The position numbers and the translations under genes are program-made. This document shows positions 1-11,106 of a stretch of 64,000 nucleotides of DNA, one piece after another. The stretch is from Ferruginibacter sp. (GTDB taxonomy: Bacteria; Bacteroidota; Bacteroidia; Chitinophagales; Chitinophagaceae). The notes below the pieces were generated by a model. It was not told where the DNA came from and searched no databases. It saw nothing but the letters and a program-made list of their open reading frames with translations. The stretch spans positions 3,122-67,121 of the forward strand of contig JBDSDN010000015.1 of NCBI GenBank assembly GCA_039920545.1, written 5' to 3'. How positions within the stretch are numbered: position 1 is the first letter of the stretch; each line of letters begins with the position of its first letter.

Positions 1-669
1 GAGCCAGGCGGGCACCCCCACTATAAAGCCAATATCCCAATTGGGTGCATTATCTACAACCTCTTCTAATTTTTTAGCCCAGTCTTTCTCCCTTGCTATC
101 TTTTTACCGGGCTTATAGAGGCCCAGGCCAAGAAACCAAAAGGGAATATTTTTTTGCTGTATACCAGTTAAATCACCGGCATAATACGTTGGCCCTTTCT
201 GCAATTGGGTGCTGCCGCCCAACATTAACCATCCTTTGCCGAGAGCCCTTTTAGGTACATCATACTTTGTAATAGAAAGTAATTGTTTTAACCCTGTGAT
301 CGTATTGCTCCTGATCAGCTCTTTGGTAATGGGAATATATTTACTGGAGGCCTCACTTGTGCCACTGCTTAATGCAAAATATTTTATTACCCCAGGCCAG
401 CAAACATCGGGAATACCTTCCAGTGTTTTGTACCACCACTCATTATAAATTTTACTATAATTATAAGTAGGCACCAGTTGCTGAAATCTTTTACCGGGGT
501 GGCGGCTCAGCAGGATCTCATCAAACTTAAATAACTGGCCAAACTGCGTAAACCTGGCTTTTCTTAGCAATTTTTTCAACACCCGTAACTGCTGCCTTCT
601 TGCATTGCTTATTGGGATGTTTAAGGCCCTGGCAATAGATTTAGGTAGTTTGATATCGAAATAAGCCAT
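1..669 (-). CDS. GH3 auxin-responsive promoter family protein (acyl-adenylate-forming), 5' part; runs off the window's left edge
   Basis: Not in the ORF track. Manual translation from the ATG at 669 is open to position 1: MAYFDIKLPKS...QQLRVLKKLLRKARFTQFG...YFALSSGTSEASSKYIPIT...GDLTG...GVPAWL. The SSGT..SKYIP motif matches the GH3 gene at 27112-28611. Confidence 0.85.
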   Translation of the reverse strand, partial: MAYFDIKLPKSIARALNIPISNARRQQLRVLKKLLRKARFTQFGQLFKFDEILLSRHPGKRFQQLVPTYNYSKIYNEWWYKTLEGIPDVCWPGVIKYFALSSGTSEASSKYIPITKELIRSNTITGLKQLLSITKYDVPKRALGKGWLMLGGSTQLQKGPTYYAGDLTGIQQKNIPFWFLGLGLYKPGKKIAREKDWAKKLEEVVDNAPNWDIGFIVGVPAWL

Positions 670-809
670 TAAATTTAAATATGGTGGACGACAAATATAG
701 TTAATGGAGCCGAGCAAATACTGCCAATTACAGTAGTGGCATCGGAAAAGTTTTAGCGTAATATTTTTAGGTATCTGCCTTTAAAATAATTATTTCAAAA
801 TCGTGGAGA

Positions 810-2228
810 TTATACTTTTTGTAATTTCCATTTTCCTCTCTTAAACAGGATATATGCAGCAATAGTAATGGCTGCTTCTGCCACGGGAATTGCAATAAAA
901 ACCCCTGTTGGACCTAAGTCCAGAGTTTTTGCTAAGAAGTATGCAAAAGGAATTTGAAAGACCCAAAATCCAAATAGATTTATCACCGTGGGGGTGCGGG
1001 TATCACCGGCACCGTTGAAAGCATTTATCATTACCATGCCTACGCCAAAAAACAGATAACCTGCGCTTATTATTCTTGCAGCCTGCACTGCGTAAACTGC
1101 AACTGCTTTTTCTTTAGTAAAAAACTGAATCAGGTAGGGTGCCAAACAAAATAACAGGATTGATACTGTCGCCATAAACATGGCGTTGTATTTTGCAGTT
1201 TTCATCACAGACTCTTCTGCTCTTAAAGGTTGTTTAGCGCCCAGGTTTTGCCCCACTAGTGTGGCAGCTGCATTGCTCATTCCCCAGGCAGGTAAAATAA
1301 AAAACATTACAATTCTAATTGCAATCTGGTAGCCGGCAGAGGCTTCACTGTGTCCGGTTTGCACTACCAGGCTTGCCAATATAATCCAACTGCATGATCC
1401 AATTAAAAATTGTAAAGTTGCAGGCCAGGCAATATTAATCAGGGAACGGATAAGCTCCAGATCAGGCTTTAGATGGGCAAGTGTAAACCGAACCAGGCGG
1501 TTCCCTTTAAAAAGATAATACAGTTGGTAACATACCCCAATGCCACGTCCAATTGTTGTGGCCATTGCTGCGCCCATCACTCCAAAAGCAGGTATAAAAC
1601 CCCAACCTTTAATAAGCAAAGGGCATAAAATAATGTTACAGATATTAGCAATCCATAAACTTTTCATAGCCATCATAGCATCTCCAGCACCACGGAAAAT
1701 TCCGTTTATAAGAAAAAGCAACATGATCACTACGCTTCCCCCCATCAGTATACGGGTGTAATTTTTGCCGGTTTCTATGGCAATTTCATCCGCCCCCATA
1801 ATCCTTAAAATGTTCCCGGCATAAAAAAAGCCTGCGACACTTACAATAACGGTAATGGTAAGAGCAACTAAAATAGATTGCATACCTGCCCTGGAGGCGG
1901 CCTCCATTTTTTTTTCGCCAACACGCCTGGCCACCATAGCCGTTGCAGCCATACTAATACCAATAGCCAGCGAATAGATAATAGTTATTACCGATTCAGT
2001 TAAGCCAACTACTGAAGTGGCATGCTTTCCTAAATGGCTTACAAAAAAAATATCAACTACCGCAAACACGCTTTCCAGGCACATTTCCAGTACCATAGGC
2101 ACAGCTAACAAAATTACTGCCCTTCTTATAGAGCCTGTTGTATAGTCCTGTTGATGCCCATTTAGCGCTTCTTTGATTATTAAAAAAATCCGGGATATAG
2201 GTTTAGTTTTGGTCTGATTATACGACAT
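810..2228 (-). CDS. MATE family efflux transporter
   Basis: About 12 hydrophobic segments; LAVPMVLE..VDIFFVSHLG, RGAGD and NGAGDT motifs of the two MATE repeats. Confidence 0.9.
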   Translation of the reverse strand: MSYNQTKTKPISRIFLIIKEALNGHQQDYTTGSIRRAVILLAVPMVLEMCLESVFAVVDIFFVSHLGKHATSVVGLTESVITIIYSLAIGISMAATAMVARRVGEKKMEAASRAGMQSILVALTITVIVSVAGFFYAGNILRIMGADEIAIETGKNYTRILMGGSVVIMLLFLINGIFRGAGDAMMAMKSLWIANICNIILCPLLIKGWGFIPAFGVMGAAMATTIGRGIGVCYQLYYLFKGNRLVRFTLAHLKPDLELIRSLINIAWPATLQFLIGSCSWIILASLVVQTGHSEASAGYQIAIRIVMFFILPAWGMSNAAATLVGQNLGAKQPLRAEESVMKTAKYNAMFMATVSILLFCLAPYLIQFFTKEKAVAVYAVQAARIISAGYLFFGVGMVMINAFNGAGDTRTPTVINLFGFWVFQIPFAYFLAKTLDLGPTGVFIAIPVAEAAITIAAYILFKRGKWKLQKV

Positions 2229-2393
2229 TAAAATTCTTTTTTAGAAACTTTGAGAATAAAATACGTGAAGTTATCAGCAGAAATAATGCTGAGATACTTG
2301 TTTGAGAGGCCCTTTAGAAGACAAGGGACGTATTAGAATTTCATATGCGTTTAATTGAAGACTGCAAAGATTGTAAAAATAATTAATACTCAA

Positions 2394-2957
2394 TTAATTA
2401 TTTTTTGGGACGATTTCCAGGCATGCCTTTAATAAGTTTTGCATAGTGATCAGGCCTTTAGCTTTTGTGAATTTAATATTATTCTTAGGGATATTTTCAG
2501 TGCCTGGGAAATTTTCAATTGCGAGGGTAACGCTTTGCTCTCTCAATAAATGCAACATAGGGTATGGAGATCGGTTGGTATAATTAGACGGATCATTATG
2601 CAAAGCATTTGCAAATAAATATTCAGGATGAAAACTTGCAACCTGGTAAATGCCTTCGTAACCTTCTTTTTGTAAAAAAGATTCTGCTAGCGCTAATAAT
2701 TGTAGGTATGCTGAAAATGATTGAAACCCTTCAGGGATGAGTAACAGGATTGTTTCAATTTTTGTATCAACGTCTAATTGGTCAAACGCTCTGGATAAAG
2801 ATTCCAAGACAGCTTTTGAATCTTTTGAGTTTACTACGGTATATAGAACGCCGCCCTTATGAATTTCTCTTGCTGCAAAGGGACAGAAATTACATCCTAT
2901 AACTACATCTGAAATCCATTTGGCCGTTTGAGCAATAATCAAATTATCTGAGTTCAT
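2394..2957 (-). CDS. DUF1415 family protein
   Basis: VIGCNFCPFA, YQVASFHPEY and NYTNRSPYPMLHLLRE motifs. Start moved to the ATG at 2957 (MNSDNL) to avoid overlap with the upstream gene. Confidence 0.85.
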   Translation of the reverse strand: MNSDNLIIAQTAKWISDVVIGCNFCPFAAREIHKGGVLYTVVNSKDSKAVLESLSRAFDQLDVDTKIETILLLIPEGFQSFSAYLQLLALAESFLQKEGYEGIYQVASFHPEYLFANALHNDPSNYTNRSPYPMLHLLREQSVTLAIENFPGTENIPKNNIKFTKAKGLITMQNLLKACLEIVPKNN

Positions 2958-2961
2958 CAAT

Positions 2962-3186
2962 CTACATATTTTTTGTAAATGTTCTAAGATACATCTGTTC
3001 AACTTTTTTGCGTGCCCAGGGTGTTTTACGTAAAAAAGTTAAACTGGATTTTATACTTGGGTTGCTTTTAAAACAATTAATATTGATAGCTTTTCCTAGA
3101 TAATCCCACCCAAAATGACTGACCAGTTCTGTAAGTATGGCCTCCAGGGTTACCCCCTCCGGGAAAACATTTTTATTTAAGGCCAT
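2962..3186 (-). CDS. VF530 (DUF2132) family small putative DNA-binding protein
   Basis: [16 protein letters not shown]...[28 protein letters not shown] signature. Confidence 0.85.
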   Translation of the reverse strand: MALNKNVFPEGVTLEAILTELVSHFGWDYLGKAININCFKSNPSIKSSLTFLRKTPWARKKVEQMYLRTFTKNM

Positions 3187-3333
3187 CTTTCAGTGTTTTA
3201 GTATCAAGTGAGGGTAAGCTGATTCTATTAAAGTTAGGCTTAAAAAAGATTTATTATTTTCAGGAAATAAAACGCTCTTCTTCAGACCATGAAGTTGAGC
3301 AACAGCAGATTTTTTATGTTATAAAAATAAATT

Positions 3334-3831
3334 ATGAAAACAATCCTGGTTATACGTCATGCAAAAAGTAGTTGGGCTAATATGGATGAAGCAGATTTTG
3401 AGAGGAACTTAAATGAACGTGGCAAAAAAGACGCTCCAGAAATGGCTGAAAGATTACGAAGTAAAAAAATTGCTATCGACGCCTTTATAAGTAGCCCGGC
3501 AAAAAGAGCAAAAAAAACCTGTGAGGCATTTTGCGATGTGTACAAGCAAGAAAAAGGTAAAATAATTTTTATCGATAAGCTTTACCATGCCGCCGTACCT
3601 TCTTTTTATGAAGTCATAGAAAAAATTGATGGTATATATAAAAATGTGGCTCTTTTTTCTCACAATCCCGGCATAACAGATTTTGTAAATTCATTGTGTG
3701 AAGGGGTAAAAATTGATAACATGCCTACCTGTGCTGTTTTTTCAGTTGAAGCCGATACTAAAAACTGGAAAGAATTTGGCTCAGCTAAAAAGAAATTTTT
3801 ATTTTTCGATTACCCAAAAGCTGGAAATTAA
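3334..3831 (+). CDS. sixA: SixA-type histidine phosphatase family protein
   Basis: RHAKSSW, DFERNLNERG, SSPAKRA and HNPG motifs. Confidence 0.85.
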   Translation: MKTILVIRHAKSSWANMDEADFERNLNERGKKDAPEMAERLRSKKIAIDAFISSPAKRAKKTCEAFCDVYKQEKGKIIFIDKLYHAAVPSFYEVIEKIDGIYKNVALFSHNPGITDFVNSLCEGVKIDNMPTCAVFSVEADTKNWKEFGSAKKKFLFFDYPKAGN

Positions 3832-3856
3832 AAAGAGCTGCCCAAGGGCAGCTCTT
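3830..3856 (-). terminator. Intrinsic terminator between convergent sixA and fasciclin genes
   Basis: AAGAGCTGCC-caag-GGCAGCTCTT perfect hairpin; the A-run at 3830-3834 gives a U-tract on the minus strand. Confidence 0.75.
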
Positions 3857-3879
3857 CCAAACTTAAAAACTGAGACAAA

Positions 3880-4494
3880 CTATTTTTTAGGCATTAAAAC
3901 TGCGTCAATTATGTGCGTAACGCCATTGCTTGATACAGCATCAGCAATAGTTACATTAGCACCATTCACCATTACTTTACCATCTTTTATTGATACGGTA
4001 AGCTCCTGGCCCTGAACGGTTTTTAATTTCTGGCCATCTTTTAAATCTGCTGCCTTCAACATACCCGGTACCACATGATAAGTTAGAACTTTTGTAAGAT
4101 CAGCTTTCATCTCAGGCTTCAACAAATTATCTACGGCGCCCGCAGGTAGCTTAGCAAATGCTTCATTTGTTGGAGCAAATACAGTAAAAGGGCCTGCACC
4201 ACTTAAGGTTTCTGCAAGTCCTGCTGCTTTTACAGCGGCTACAAGAGTAGTATGATCAGCTGAATTAGCTGCGTTTTCTACAATATTTTTAGACATTACC
4301 ATATTGGCGCCACCTACCATTACACCTTTTTCTTCAGACATTTTATCATCCATTTTAGGTTGATCAGCCATTGTAGTAGTCGTATCCATTGTAGATACTT
4401 CGGTAGTACTGGTCTTATCTGAATCAGTGCATGACGCAAAAATTAAAGCAGAAGCAGAAGCAGCCATAAGAAAAGAGAACAAATTTTTTTTCAT
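3880..4494 (-). CDS. Fasciclin (FAS1) domain lipoprotein
   Basis: Signal peptide with lipobox (IFASC), Thr-rich linker, GPFTVFAPTNEAF and NGVTHIIDAVL FAS1 motifs. Start moved to MKKNLF at 4494. Confidence 0.9.
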   Translation of the reverse strand: MKKNLFSFLMAASASALIFASCTDSDKTSTTEVSTMDTTTTMADQPKMDDKMSEEKGVMVGGANMVMSKNIVENAANSADHTTLVAAVKAAGLAETLSGAGPFTVFAPTNEAFAKLPAGAVDNLLKPEMKADLTKVLTYHVVPGMLKAADLKDGQKLKTVQGQELTVSIKDGKVMVNGANVTIADAVSSNGVTHIIDAVLMPKK

Positions 4495-5115
4495 AAAATT
4501 CAATTTTAGTTGATTGTTTAATTTTTTAAGAGTACAGAACATACGAAAGTTCTAAATGTTCAGATTTACATATTTATTTATCTGGTAAATTTAGATTTGA
4601 TATATACAGTTATACAATAATGTGAAAAACCGTGCGTTAATTCTTATAAAATCCAAAAATATGATCAACCCAATCAATCCTAATGGTACCCATCTTGTAT
4701 TACAGGCTGTAAAAAATCTCTTTAGCAAATTGAGACAGAATCCGGAGATTTATCCAATAAAATATTATAAAAAAAATCACCGCAACAGAAAAAACATGAA
4801 AGCGTCAATGGAAAAGTAGGCAGTTTGAGTGCGGAAAATACTAACATATAAATACCGCACAAACCCTCTTGATTCAATAAAAGCCTTGTATTAATTTTGA
4901 TATTCTTAAATCCAATTCTGATATGAAAAAAAATGAAACCCACTTTGTAACCCTTTCTGTAGTGGCTAAAACTTTAGCCGCTGCCTTCAACAGCTTATTT
5001 TTCTCTGATAACAGCAGAGAATTTCAGCGGTTGAAAAATTTTATTGCGTAAGCAATTCTACTTGCCTTCTCCTTACCAGATCCCTTATACTTTACGGTTT
5101 AAGGGATTTTTATTT

Positions 5116-8100
5116 TTAACTGAATAAGTATTCAACATCTGCCTTTGAAAGCGATTTTACAAACCCGGTATCGTCTGAGATGAGTTCACGGGCAAGTATT
5201 TTTTTACGTTCCTGAAGTTGGAGGATTTTATCTTCAATTGTATCAATACAAATCATGCGGTAGGCAAAAATATTTTTTGTTTGCCCAATACGGTGAGTGC
5301 GGTCAATAGCCTGTTGCTCTACTGCAGGGTTCCACCAGGGGTCTACTATATACACATAATCTGCAGCAGTGAGGTTAAGTCCTACTCCTCCTGCCTTTAA
5401 TGAAATAAGAAAAACCCGGCAATCATCATTAGCCTGAAAATTCTGAATTGCCTTTTCCCTGTCCGGTGCAGAAGTACTACCATCAAAATATTCGTAGACA
5501 ATGCCCTGCTCTTTAAGTTTTTCTCTAATTAAGGCCAGCATCCCTAAAAATTGAGAAAAAATGAGGGCTTTATGTTCGCCGATGTTTTCAGCTATTTCCC
5601 GGGCAAGTTCATCAAGTTTAATAGAATGATTCGGATACTTTTCCTCTTCGTTTAATATGGCCGGGCTGTCGCAGATCTGGCGTAGCTTCATCAATCCCTG
5701 TAAAATAGTTAATTGGGACCTGTCAATACCCTGTTCATCAATTGTACCCAGAATTTTATCCCGGTAACTGTTGCGGTAAGCATCATAAATTTTACGCTGT
5801 TCTTTTTCCATTTCACAAAAAAGAATAGTTTCTGTTTTTTCAGGTAAATCTTTTGCCACCTGTTCTTTAGTGCGGCGTAAAATAAAGGGGTAAAGCAATT
5901 TGCGTAAATGATCTTTTTGTTCCTGTTCACCAAATTTATCTATTGGTGTGGCAAACTCATTTCTAAAAAATTCCATGCTACCCAGCAGCCCCGGATTTAA
6001 AAAATTCATTTGAGCAAATATATCAAAGGTATTATTCTGCAGCGGCGTACCGCTCATGCATAACCGGTTTTTTGCATTAAGTAAAGAAGCGGCCTTAGTA
6101 ACCTTTGAAGAAGGATTTTTTATGGCCTGGCTCTCATCAAGGATTACATAATCAAAATTTATTTTGAGCAACATGTGTATATCACTTCTGAGGGTGCCAT
6201 AAGTGGTGATAATAATATTGTGCTGCTGCAATTCTTCTCCATTGCGGCTGCGGGTATTGCCATGATGTATATGATAGGTGAGGGAAGGGGTGAATTTTTT
6301 AACTTCATTTTGCCAGTTGTAAATAAGCGTAGTGGGGCAAACGACAATTGCCTTTAACCCGTTGTACGTATTCTTAAAATAATCCAGCATACTTAAGGCC
6401 TGCACCGTTTTACCAAGGCCCATGTCATCTGCCAGTATACCCCCCCAGCCCACATCATTTAAATAACTCAACCATTGATACCCTGCTACCTGGTAAGGCC
6501 TTAAAATATGTTCCAGTTCTGCAGGCGGCGCTATTTCCGGTATATTTTTAAACTCCCTTAACCGCTCATATTTTTCATCGAGTGCAAAACTCATTTCCTC
6601 TTCGTTCCGGTTCTCATATAAATCATCAATTACGCTCATGTGGTATTTAGAGAGGCGCAACTTATCTGTCCTGCCATCCCCTACTTTAAAAAGCAGGGCG
6701 TATTTTTTCAGCCATTCATCTGGTAATATTCCCAAAGTGCCATCCCCAAGTTGCACAAAAGATTGTTTACCTGCCAAAGCTTTCTTTATATCGCTGATGC
6801 CTACACGCTGTTCGCCAAATTCAATTTCAACTTTTGCATCAAACCAATCCAACCCACTGCTTACATGTATATGAGTGCTGGGCCGGGCTGTGTTGAACCT
6901 GAAGTTTTTTAATGCTTCAAATCCAAAAACCGGCACTTTCATTTCCTTCATGGCATCCACAAATAAAAAGAACCAGTTGTTCCGCAATACATCTGCACCT
7001 TTTAGAACGAGGCTTCCTGTTTCTGCCTGGCGGATAAATAGGGAGTGAAGATTCTCCATTTTGCTCATAAAAGCCTCTTCCGCTTCTTTGTTCCGCTTGA
7101 TGATGAGAATTTTATCCCCATCGGGTATGGTTATGGTTTCTTTATCTGTAGGCCGGGTGTCAAATCCTTTGTAACTGTATATTGGCTGAAACAAAAGATA
7201 GTCGCCTCTTTCCTGTAGTACCAGCTTTATATCGGGGGAACCGCTTTTAATTTCCTTTACCAGGCTTTTATCAAATTCTACCTGGTAGTCTTTGGTAAGA
7301 GGCAGAATAATTTTCTGCATTTTTTCTGCCCAATTGGTTTTACTTAATTCAATATTGCCATTTTTTATAAATTTTTCTGCCTGCAATACATCCTCTGGTT
7401 TTTGCCACAAGTAAAGAACATGATTGTATAAAAAAACCAGGCTACTCCTGCATTCATTTTCAGAAAACGAGATAATGTCACCCTCCAGTTTTACCATGCA
7501 CGCTATTTCAAAATGATTGTTTTTTGCTATCACTTTAAAAACCGGGGATATAAGCCGGTTGCTGATTTCTACCTCTGAAAGGTTTGCCGTTTTAAAAGAT
7601 TTAGAAACAGGCAGATGAAAAATAAAACCATTTGTTGATTTCTCTTCAAAAAGCCGTTTTAATTTTGGATGCAGGTATTCGGTAATCAATGATTTTGTTT
7701 CTTCCGGTAAATCATCGCCATCTGTATGTATAATGTTCTCCCAAATACCGCTAAACGGCGAGTTCCGGTTAAGGTATTTGTTTATCTCACTGTCCTGTAA
7801 TTTTCTAGCCTGTTGAAAAAGTTGTTTATCCTCTTCCGTAAAGATGTCTGTATTTACAAACTTGGTTAGGTCAAGCTTTTCGGTTTTATCTACATACTTT
7901 TTTTCTGCATCATCTGCATCGCCCTGTAGAACGTCTATCCGAAAGTAAGGATACAGCTTTTCATTAAAATTAAAAACGAGCCCGAGGCGGGTGTATTTTG
8001 CCTGATTGATAATTTCTACTGGGGCTGTTTGCAGTGGCTGTATAAAAGGGATTGGCGGTTTATAAGAAACCGGTACCGGCTGGGAAACAACTCTTTTTAT

Positions 8101-8877
8101 GGAACTATCCAGGAGAGTTAAAAATGGTTTTCCTTCTTTATAAATAAATTCAAATTTGCCATTTAGGTCATCGTCCAGGCTATAGCCATAAATCTGAAGA
8201 AGTTTGTTTTTTTCTTTATTCCAGTTTCTGATACTGTCAAAATATGCAGGTCCGTAATTGTTTAATAATTGCAGAAATAATAATGTTTTATGTTCGCAGA
8301 GCGGATGCATCGTTTCGCTACACATACAGGAGGTATCAAAATTTCGTTCATCATTTTTCTGAATTACCAGCGGATATACCTGGCCGTTATAAACCAGTTC
8401 TGCCTCTACTCTTTCATCTGCAGCTTTTAATATTGTGGCTTTTACCGTACGAAGGAGGTTTTCTGCTTCCTGGTAAATGGAAGGGGATGAGAGCATCTTA
8501 ATCATCTTAAGATCAATCTGCTTCATTTTCGCTACAGTATGCCGCTGGTTATATTGAATTGAATTACTTAAGAGCAGATTTTTATCAACCATATCCTGCA
8601 GCCGGAATAGCGCAGCAGCCTCGTGGCGGCATATTTCCCCCAGGTTGTATGGACATCCGCAACGCAAACTCATCAATTTTGCATCGGCATATTTCTGAAT
8701 ATACACTTTGTAAAATGTGCTGTAGCTGTCATCTTTAACCCTGAAAACGATACTGCTCATCAGTTCATCATGCTCCACGAGTTCAACAAAACCGAGTGCA
8801 TGAATTTTCTTTCCACGGCGAATGACTTCGTCGGTCCCGTTATTATATATGTGTTTAATCAGGTGCGGTAGTGCCAA
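5116..8877 (-). CDS. SNF2-family helicase/ATPase with two N-terminal SWIM-type zinc fingers
   Basis: CGC..CRH and CMC..CEH motifs; LADDMGLGKT, DESQ, SLKAGGVGLNL and QAIDRTHRIGQ SNF2 motifs. Confidence 0.92.
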   Translation of the reverse strand: MALPHLIKHIYNNGTDEVIRRGKKIHALGFVELVEHDELMSSIVFRVKDDSYSTFYKVYIQKYADAKLMSLRCGCPYNLGEICRHEAAALFRLQDMVDKNLLLSNSIQYNQRHTVAKMKQIDLKMIKMLSSPSIYQEAENLLRTVKATILKAADERVEAELVYNGQVYPLVIQKNDERNFDTSCMCSETMHPLCEHKTLLFLQLLNNYGPAYFDSIRNWNKEKNKLLQIYGYSLDDDLNGKFEFIYKEGKPFLTLLDSSIKRVVSQPVPVSYKPPIPFIQPLQTAPVEIINQAKYTRLGLVFNFNEKLYPYFRIDVLQGDADDAEKKYVDKTEKLDLTKFVNTDIFTEEDKQLFQQARKLQDSEINKYLNRNSPFSGIWENIIHTDGDDLPEETKSLITEYLHPKLKRLFEEKSTNGFIFHLPVSKSFKTANLSEVEISNRLISPVFKVIAKNNHFEIACMVKLEGDIISFSENECRSSLVFLYNHVLYLWQKPEDVLQAEKFIKNGNIELSKTNWAEKMQKIILPLTKDYQVEFDKSLVKEIKSGSPDIKLVLQERGDYLLFQPIYSYKGFDTRPTDKETITIPDGDKILIIKRNKEAEEAFMSKMENLHSLFIRQAETGSLVLKGADVLRNNWFFLFVDAMKEMKVPVFGFEALKNFRFNTARPSTHIHVSSGLDWFDAKVEIEFGEQRVGISDIKKALAGKQSFVQLGDGTLGILPDEWLKKYALLFKVGDGRTDKLRLSKYHMSVIDDLYENRNEEEMSFALDEKYERLREFKNIPEIAPPAELEHILRPYQVAGYQWLSYLNDVGWGGILADDMGLGKTVQALSMLDYFKNTYNGLKAIVVCPTTLIYNWQNEVKKFTPSLTYHIHHGNTRSRNGEELQQHNIIITTYGTLRSDIHMLLKINFDYVILDESQAIKNPSSKVTKAASLLNAKNRLCMSGTPLQNNTFDIFAQMNFLNPGLLGSMEFFRNEFATPIDKFGEQEQKDHLRKLLYPFILRRTKEQVAKDLPEKTETILFCEMEKEQRKIYDAYRNSYRDKILGTIDEQGIDRSQLTILQGLMKLRQICDSPAILNEEEKYPNHSIKLDELAREIAENIGEHKALIFSQFLGMLALIREKLKEQGIVYEYFDGSTSAPDREKAIQNFQANDDCRVFLISLKAGGVGLNLTAADYVYIVDPWWNPAVEQQAIDRTHRIGQTKNIFAYRMICIDTIEDKILQLQERKKILARELISDDTGFVKSLSKADVEYLFS

Positions 8878-9042
8878 GTTGCTGAAATATTTCTTTAAAT
8901 AGAGTCTGTTGCAATTAACCTTTACAGTAAGTAGCTATGCCAGGCAAAGCGGTTCAGAAAAGAGCAATTTGCAAAAGTAAAGTAAAAATATTGAGGTGCG
9001 GAGGTGAAACTTAAAATTTCCAGGGGTTTGGTGTTAAAAAAA

Positions 9043-9780
9043 TCAGGTAGCCGTAGTTATTAATTTTCCCCCGGAGAATTTAGGTAGTACATCAGCCCCA
9101 TCCGGCGTTAGACAGTACCGAATGTCTTTCTCTAAACCATAATTGGTCAGCCGGCGAAAATGAGAGGCGTTATAATTCTCCATAAATCTGTACATGTCAG
9201 CCTTAGCATTATTATAAAGTAATAGGGACATCTGCGAAGAATCACAATCAATGGTAAAATGGGCTTGAATTTTTTGAATAACAGCACCTGCAAAAAGGGT
9301 GTCTTCAATATTTATTTTGTCTTTCCAGGCGGCACAGGCCAGAATGACATTTTCTTTTTGCTTTAAGAGATGGCTGCAAACAGCCGAAAGATTAGGGAAA
9401 GAGCCCGTAATAATTTCTTTGGCACTCATATTTAAAGCCATGTGCAGTAATTTGGTACCATTGGTAGTTGTAAGAACCAGCGTTTTTCCTGCAATAAATT
9501 TTTTAGAATATTCAAAAGGAGAATTTCCATTCGCCAGCCCTTCGGCAATATGGCCGTCTCTCTCTCCGGCAGTAACAGCATCAATCTGCTTGCCAAGGCG
9601 AATACACTCTGCAACACTGTCTACCGGTATAATTGCTTTAGCCCCATTACATAATGCCGTGGCAATGGTTGAGGTAGCTCTTAATACATCAATGATGACC
9701 ACTATACTGCTGCTTACATCATAAAGATGCAGCATGTTAGGAGAAAGACAAGTAGATATAGAAGGTTTATTAATGCTCAT
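9043..9780 (-). CDS. comB: 2-phosphosulfolactate phosphatase (ComB) family protein
   Basis: VVIIDVLRATSTI, AGERDG, GNSPFE, TTTNGT and EDTLFAG motifs. Confidence 0.85.
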   Translation of the reverse strand: MSINKPSISTCLSPNMLHLYDVSSSIVVIIDVLRATSTIATALCNGAKAIIPVDSVAECIRLGKQIDAVTAGERDGHIAEGLANGNSPFEYSKKFIAGKTLVLTTTNGTKLLHMALNMSAKEIITGSFPNLSAVCSHLLKQKENVILACAAWKDKINIEDTLFAGAVIQKIQAHFTIDCDSSQMSLLLYNNAKADMYRFMENYNASHFRRLTNYGLEKDIRYCLTPDGADVLPKFSGGKLITTAT

Positions 9781-9975
9781 TGAAATATAAAATTAATTCC
9801 CACTTTTACGTTTCCAAAAATCCTTTTAAAGATTGTTTTATTTCCATTAAAATTTTATAAAATAAGTTTTTATAAAAAACTGAAATATATCTACCATACT
9901 TCTACTCAGGTAAAAAACAATTTGCAAACATCTGTTTACCCTGGGCTTGAAATTAATTTCTGGCAAGACTAAATT

Positions 9976-11061
9976 TTAAACAAAAGGAATTTTTACAACC
10001 TTGGCTTTTAACAACGTTTGCCTGACCTTGATAAATACTTCTGAATCTATAGATGCATACTTAACATCTACATAGCCCATACCTATTGCTTTGCCTAAAG
10101 TGGGAGATTGTGTGCCGGATGTAACCCGGCCAATTGATGACCCATCAAAATCTTTTATTTCATAATCGTGGCGGGCAATGCCTTTCTCAATCATTTCAAA
10201 TCCTACCAATTTTTTTAAGGGCCCTTTTTCTTTTTGTTTTTCAAAAATTTCTTTTGAATTGAAGTCTTTTGTAAATTTTGTAATCCATCCCAGGCCAGCT
10301 TCTATGGGCGACGTCGTATCATCAATGTCGTTCCCATAAAGGCAGAAACCCATTTCCAATCTTAAAGTATCCCGTGCACCCAGGCCGATAGGTTTAAGGC
10401 CTTGCACAGCGCCGGCATTGAAAATGGCATCCCATATTATTCCGGGGGCACCATCTTTATCTTCAAAATAAATTTCCACTCCGCCAGCCCCCGTATAGCC
10501 TGTGGCACTGATAAGAACATTGTCAACGCCCGCAAATTTTCCTTTGGTAAAAGTGTAATATTTTAAGTTCAGGATATCTGTCTCTGTAAGCGTTTGTAAT
10601 ATTTTAGCAGCATTGGGGCCCTGTATAGCCAGTAAGCATGTTTTATCAGAAATGTTTTCCAGGGATACATTGTTATTATTATATTGTTCTATCCAATTCC
10701 AGTCTTTATCAATGTTGCCGGCATTTACGACCACCATGTACGCATTATTCTCCTCTAAACAATAAACTAAAAGGTCATCAACTATACCGCCTTCCAGGTT
10801 AGGCATACAACTATACTGGGCTTTACCAACAGTTAATTTTGACGCATCATTGCTGGTAATGCGCTGGATAAGATCCAGGGCATCGGGCCCTTTAATAATG
10901 AATTCGCCCATGTGGCTCACATCAAAAACTCCTGCATTGTTTCTTACTACCGCATGCTCATCATTTATTCCGGTGTAGGATATTGGCATGTTAAAGCCTG
11001 CAAATTCAGCCATTTTTGCACCAAGAGCTATGTGTTTTTCAGTAAAAGGAGTGTTTTTCAT
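9976..11061 (-). CDS. gcvT: Glycine cleavage system aminomethyltransferase T
   Basis: [18 protein letters not shown] and [13 protein letters not shown] motifs. Confidence 0.96.
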   Translation of the reverse strand: MKNTPFTEKHIALGAKMAEFAGFNMPISYTGINDEHAVVRNNAGVFDVSHMGEFIIKGPDALDLIQRITSNDASKLTVGKAQYSCMPNLEGGIVDDLLVYCLEENNAYMVVVNAGNIDKDWNWIEQYNNNNVSLENISDKTCLLAIQGPNAAKILQTLTETDILNLKYYTFTKGKFAGVDNVLISATGYTGAGGVEIYFEDKDGAPGIIWDAIFNAGAVQGLKPIGLGARDTLRLEMGFCLYGNDIDDTTSPIEAGLGWITKFTKDFNSKEIFEKQKEKGPLKKLVGFEMIEKGIARHDYEIKDFDGSSIGRVTSGTQSPTLGKAIGMGYVDVKYASIDSEVFIKVRQTLLKAKVVKIPFV

Positions 11062-11106
11062 TTTTATTTTTTGTTGGCAAATGTAAAATAAAAAAACATA
11101 GGTACT

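Noticed and set aside
758-770. GTAA-TATTT-TTAG, a one-mismatch copy of the recA box upstream of GH3
   Set aside because: Single imperfect copy in AT-rich DNA before a gene unrelated to DNA repair; likely chance.
5116-8877. SNF2 helicase (and the PIF1 helicase at 47769) as anti-phage defence components
   Set aside because: Both stand alone among housekeeping genes, with no partner nuclease, methylase or island features.
11062-11106. Glycine riboswitch upstream of gcvT
   Set aside because: The gap is only 45 bp and contains the TACATTTG promoter element, leaving no room for an aptamer.
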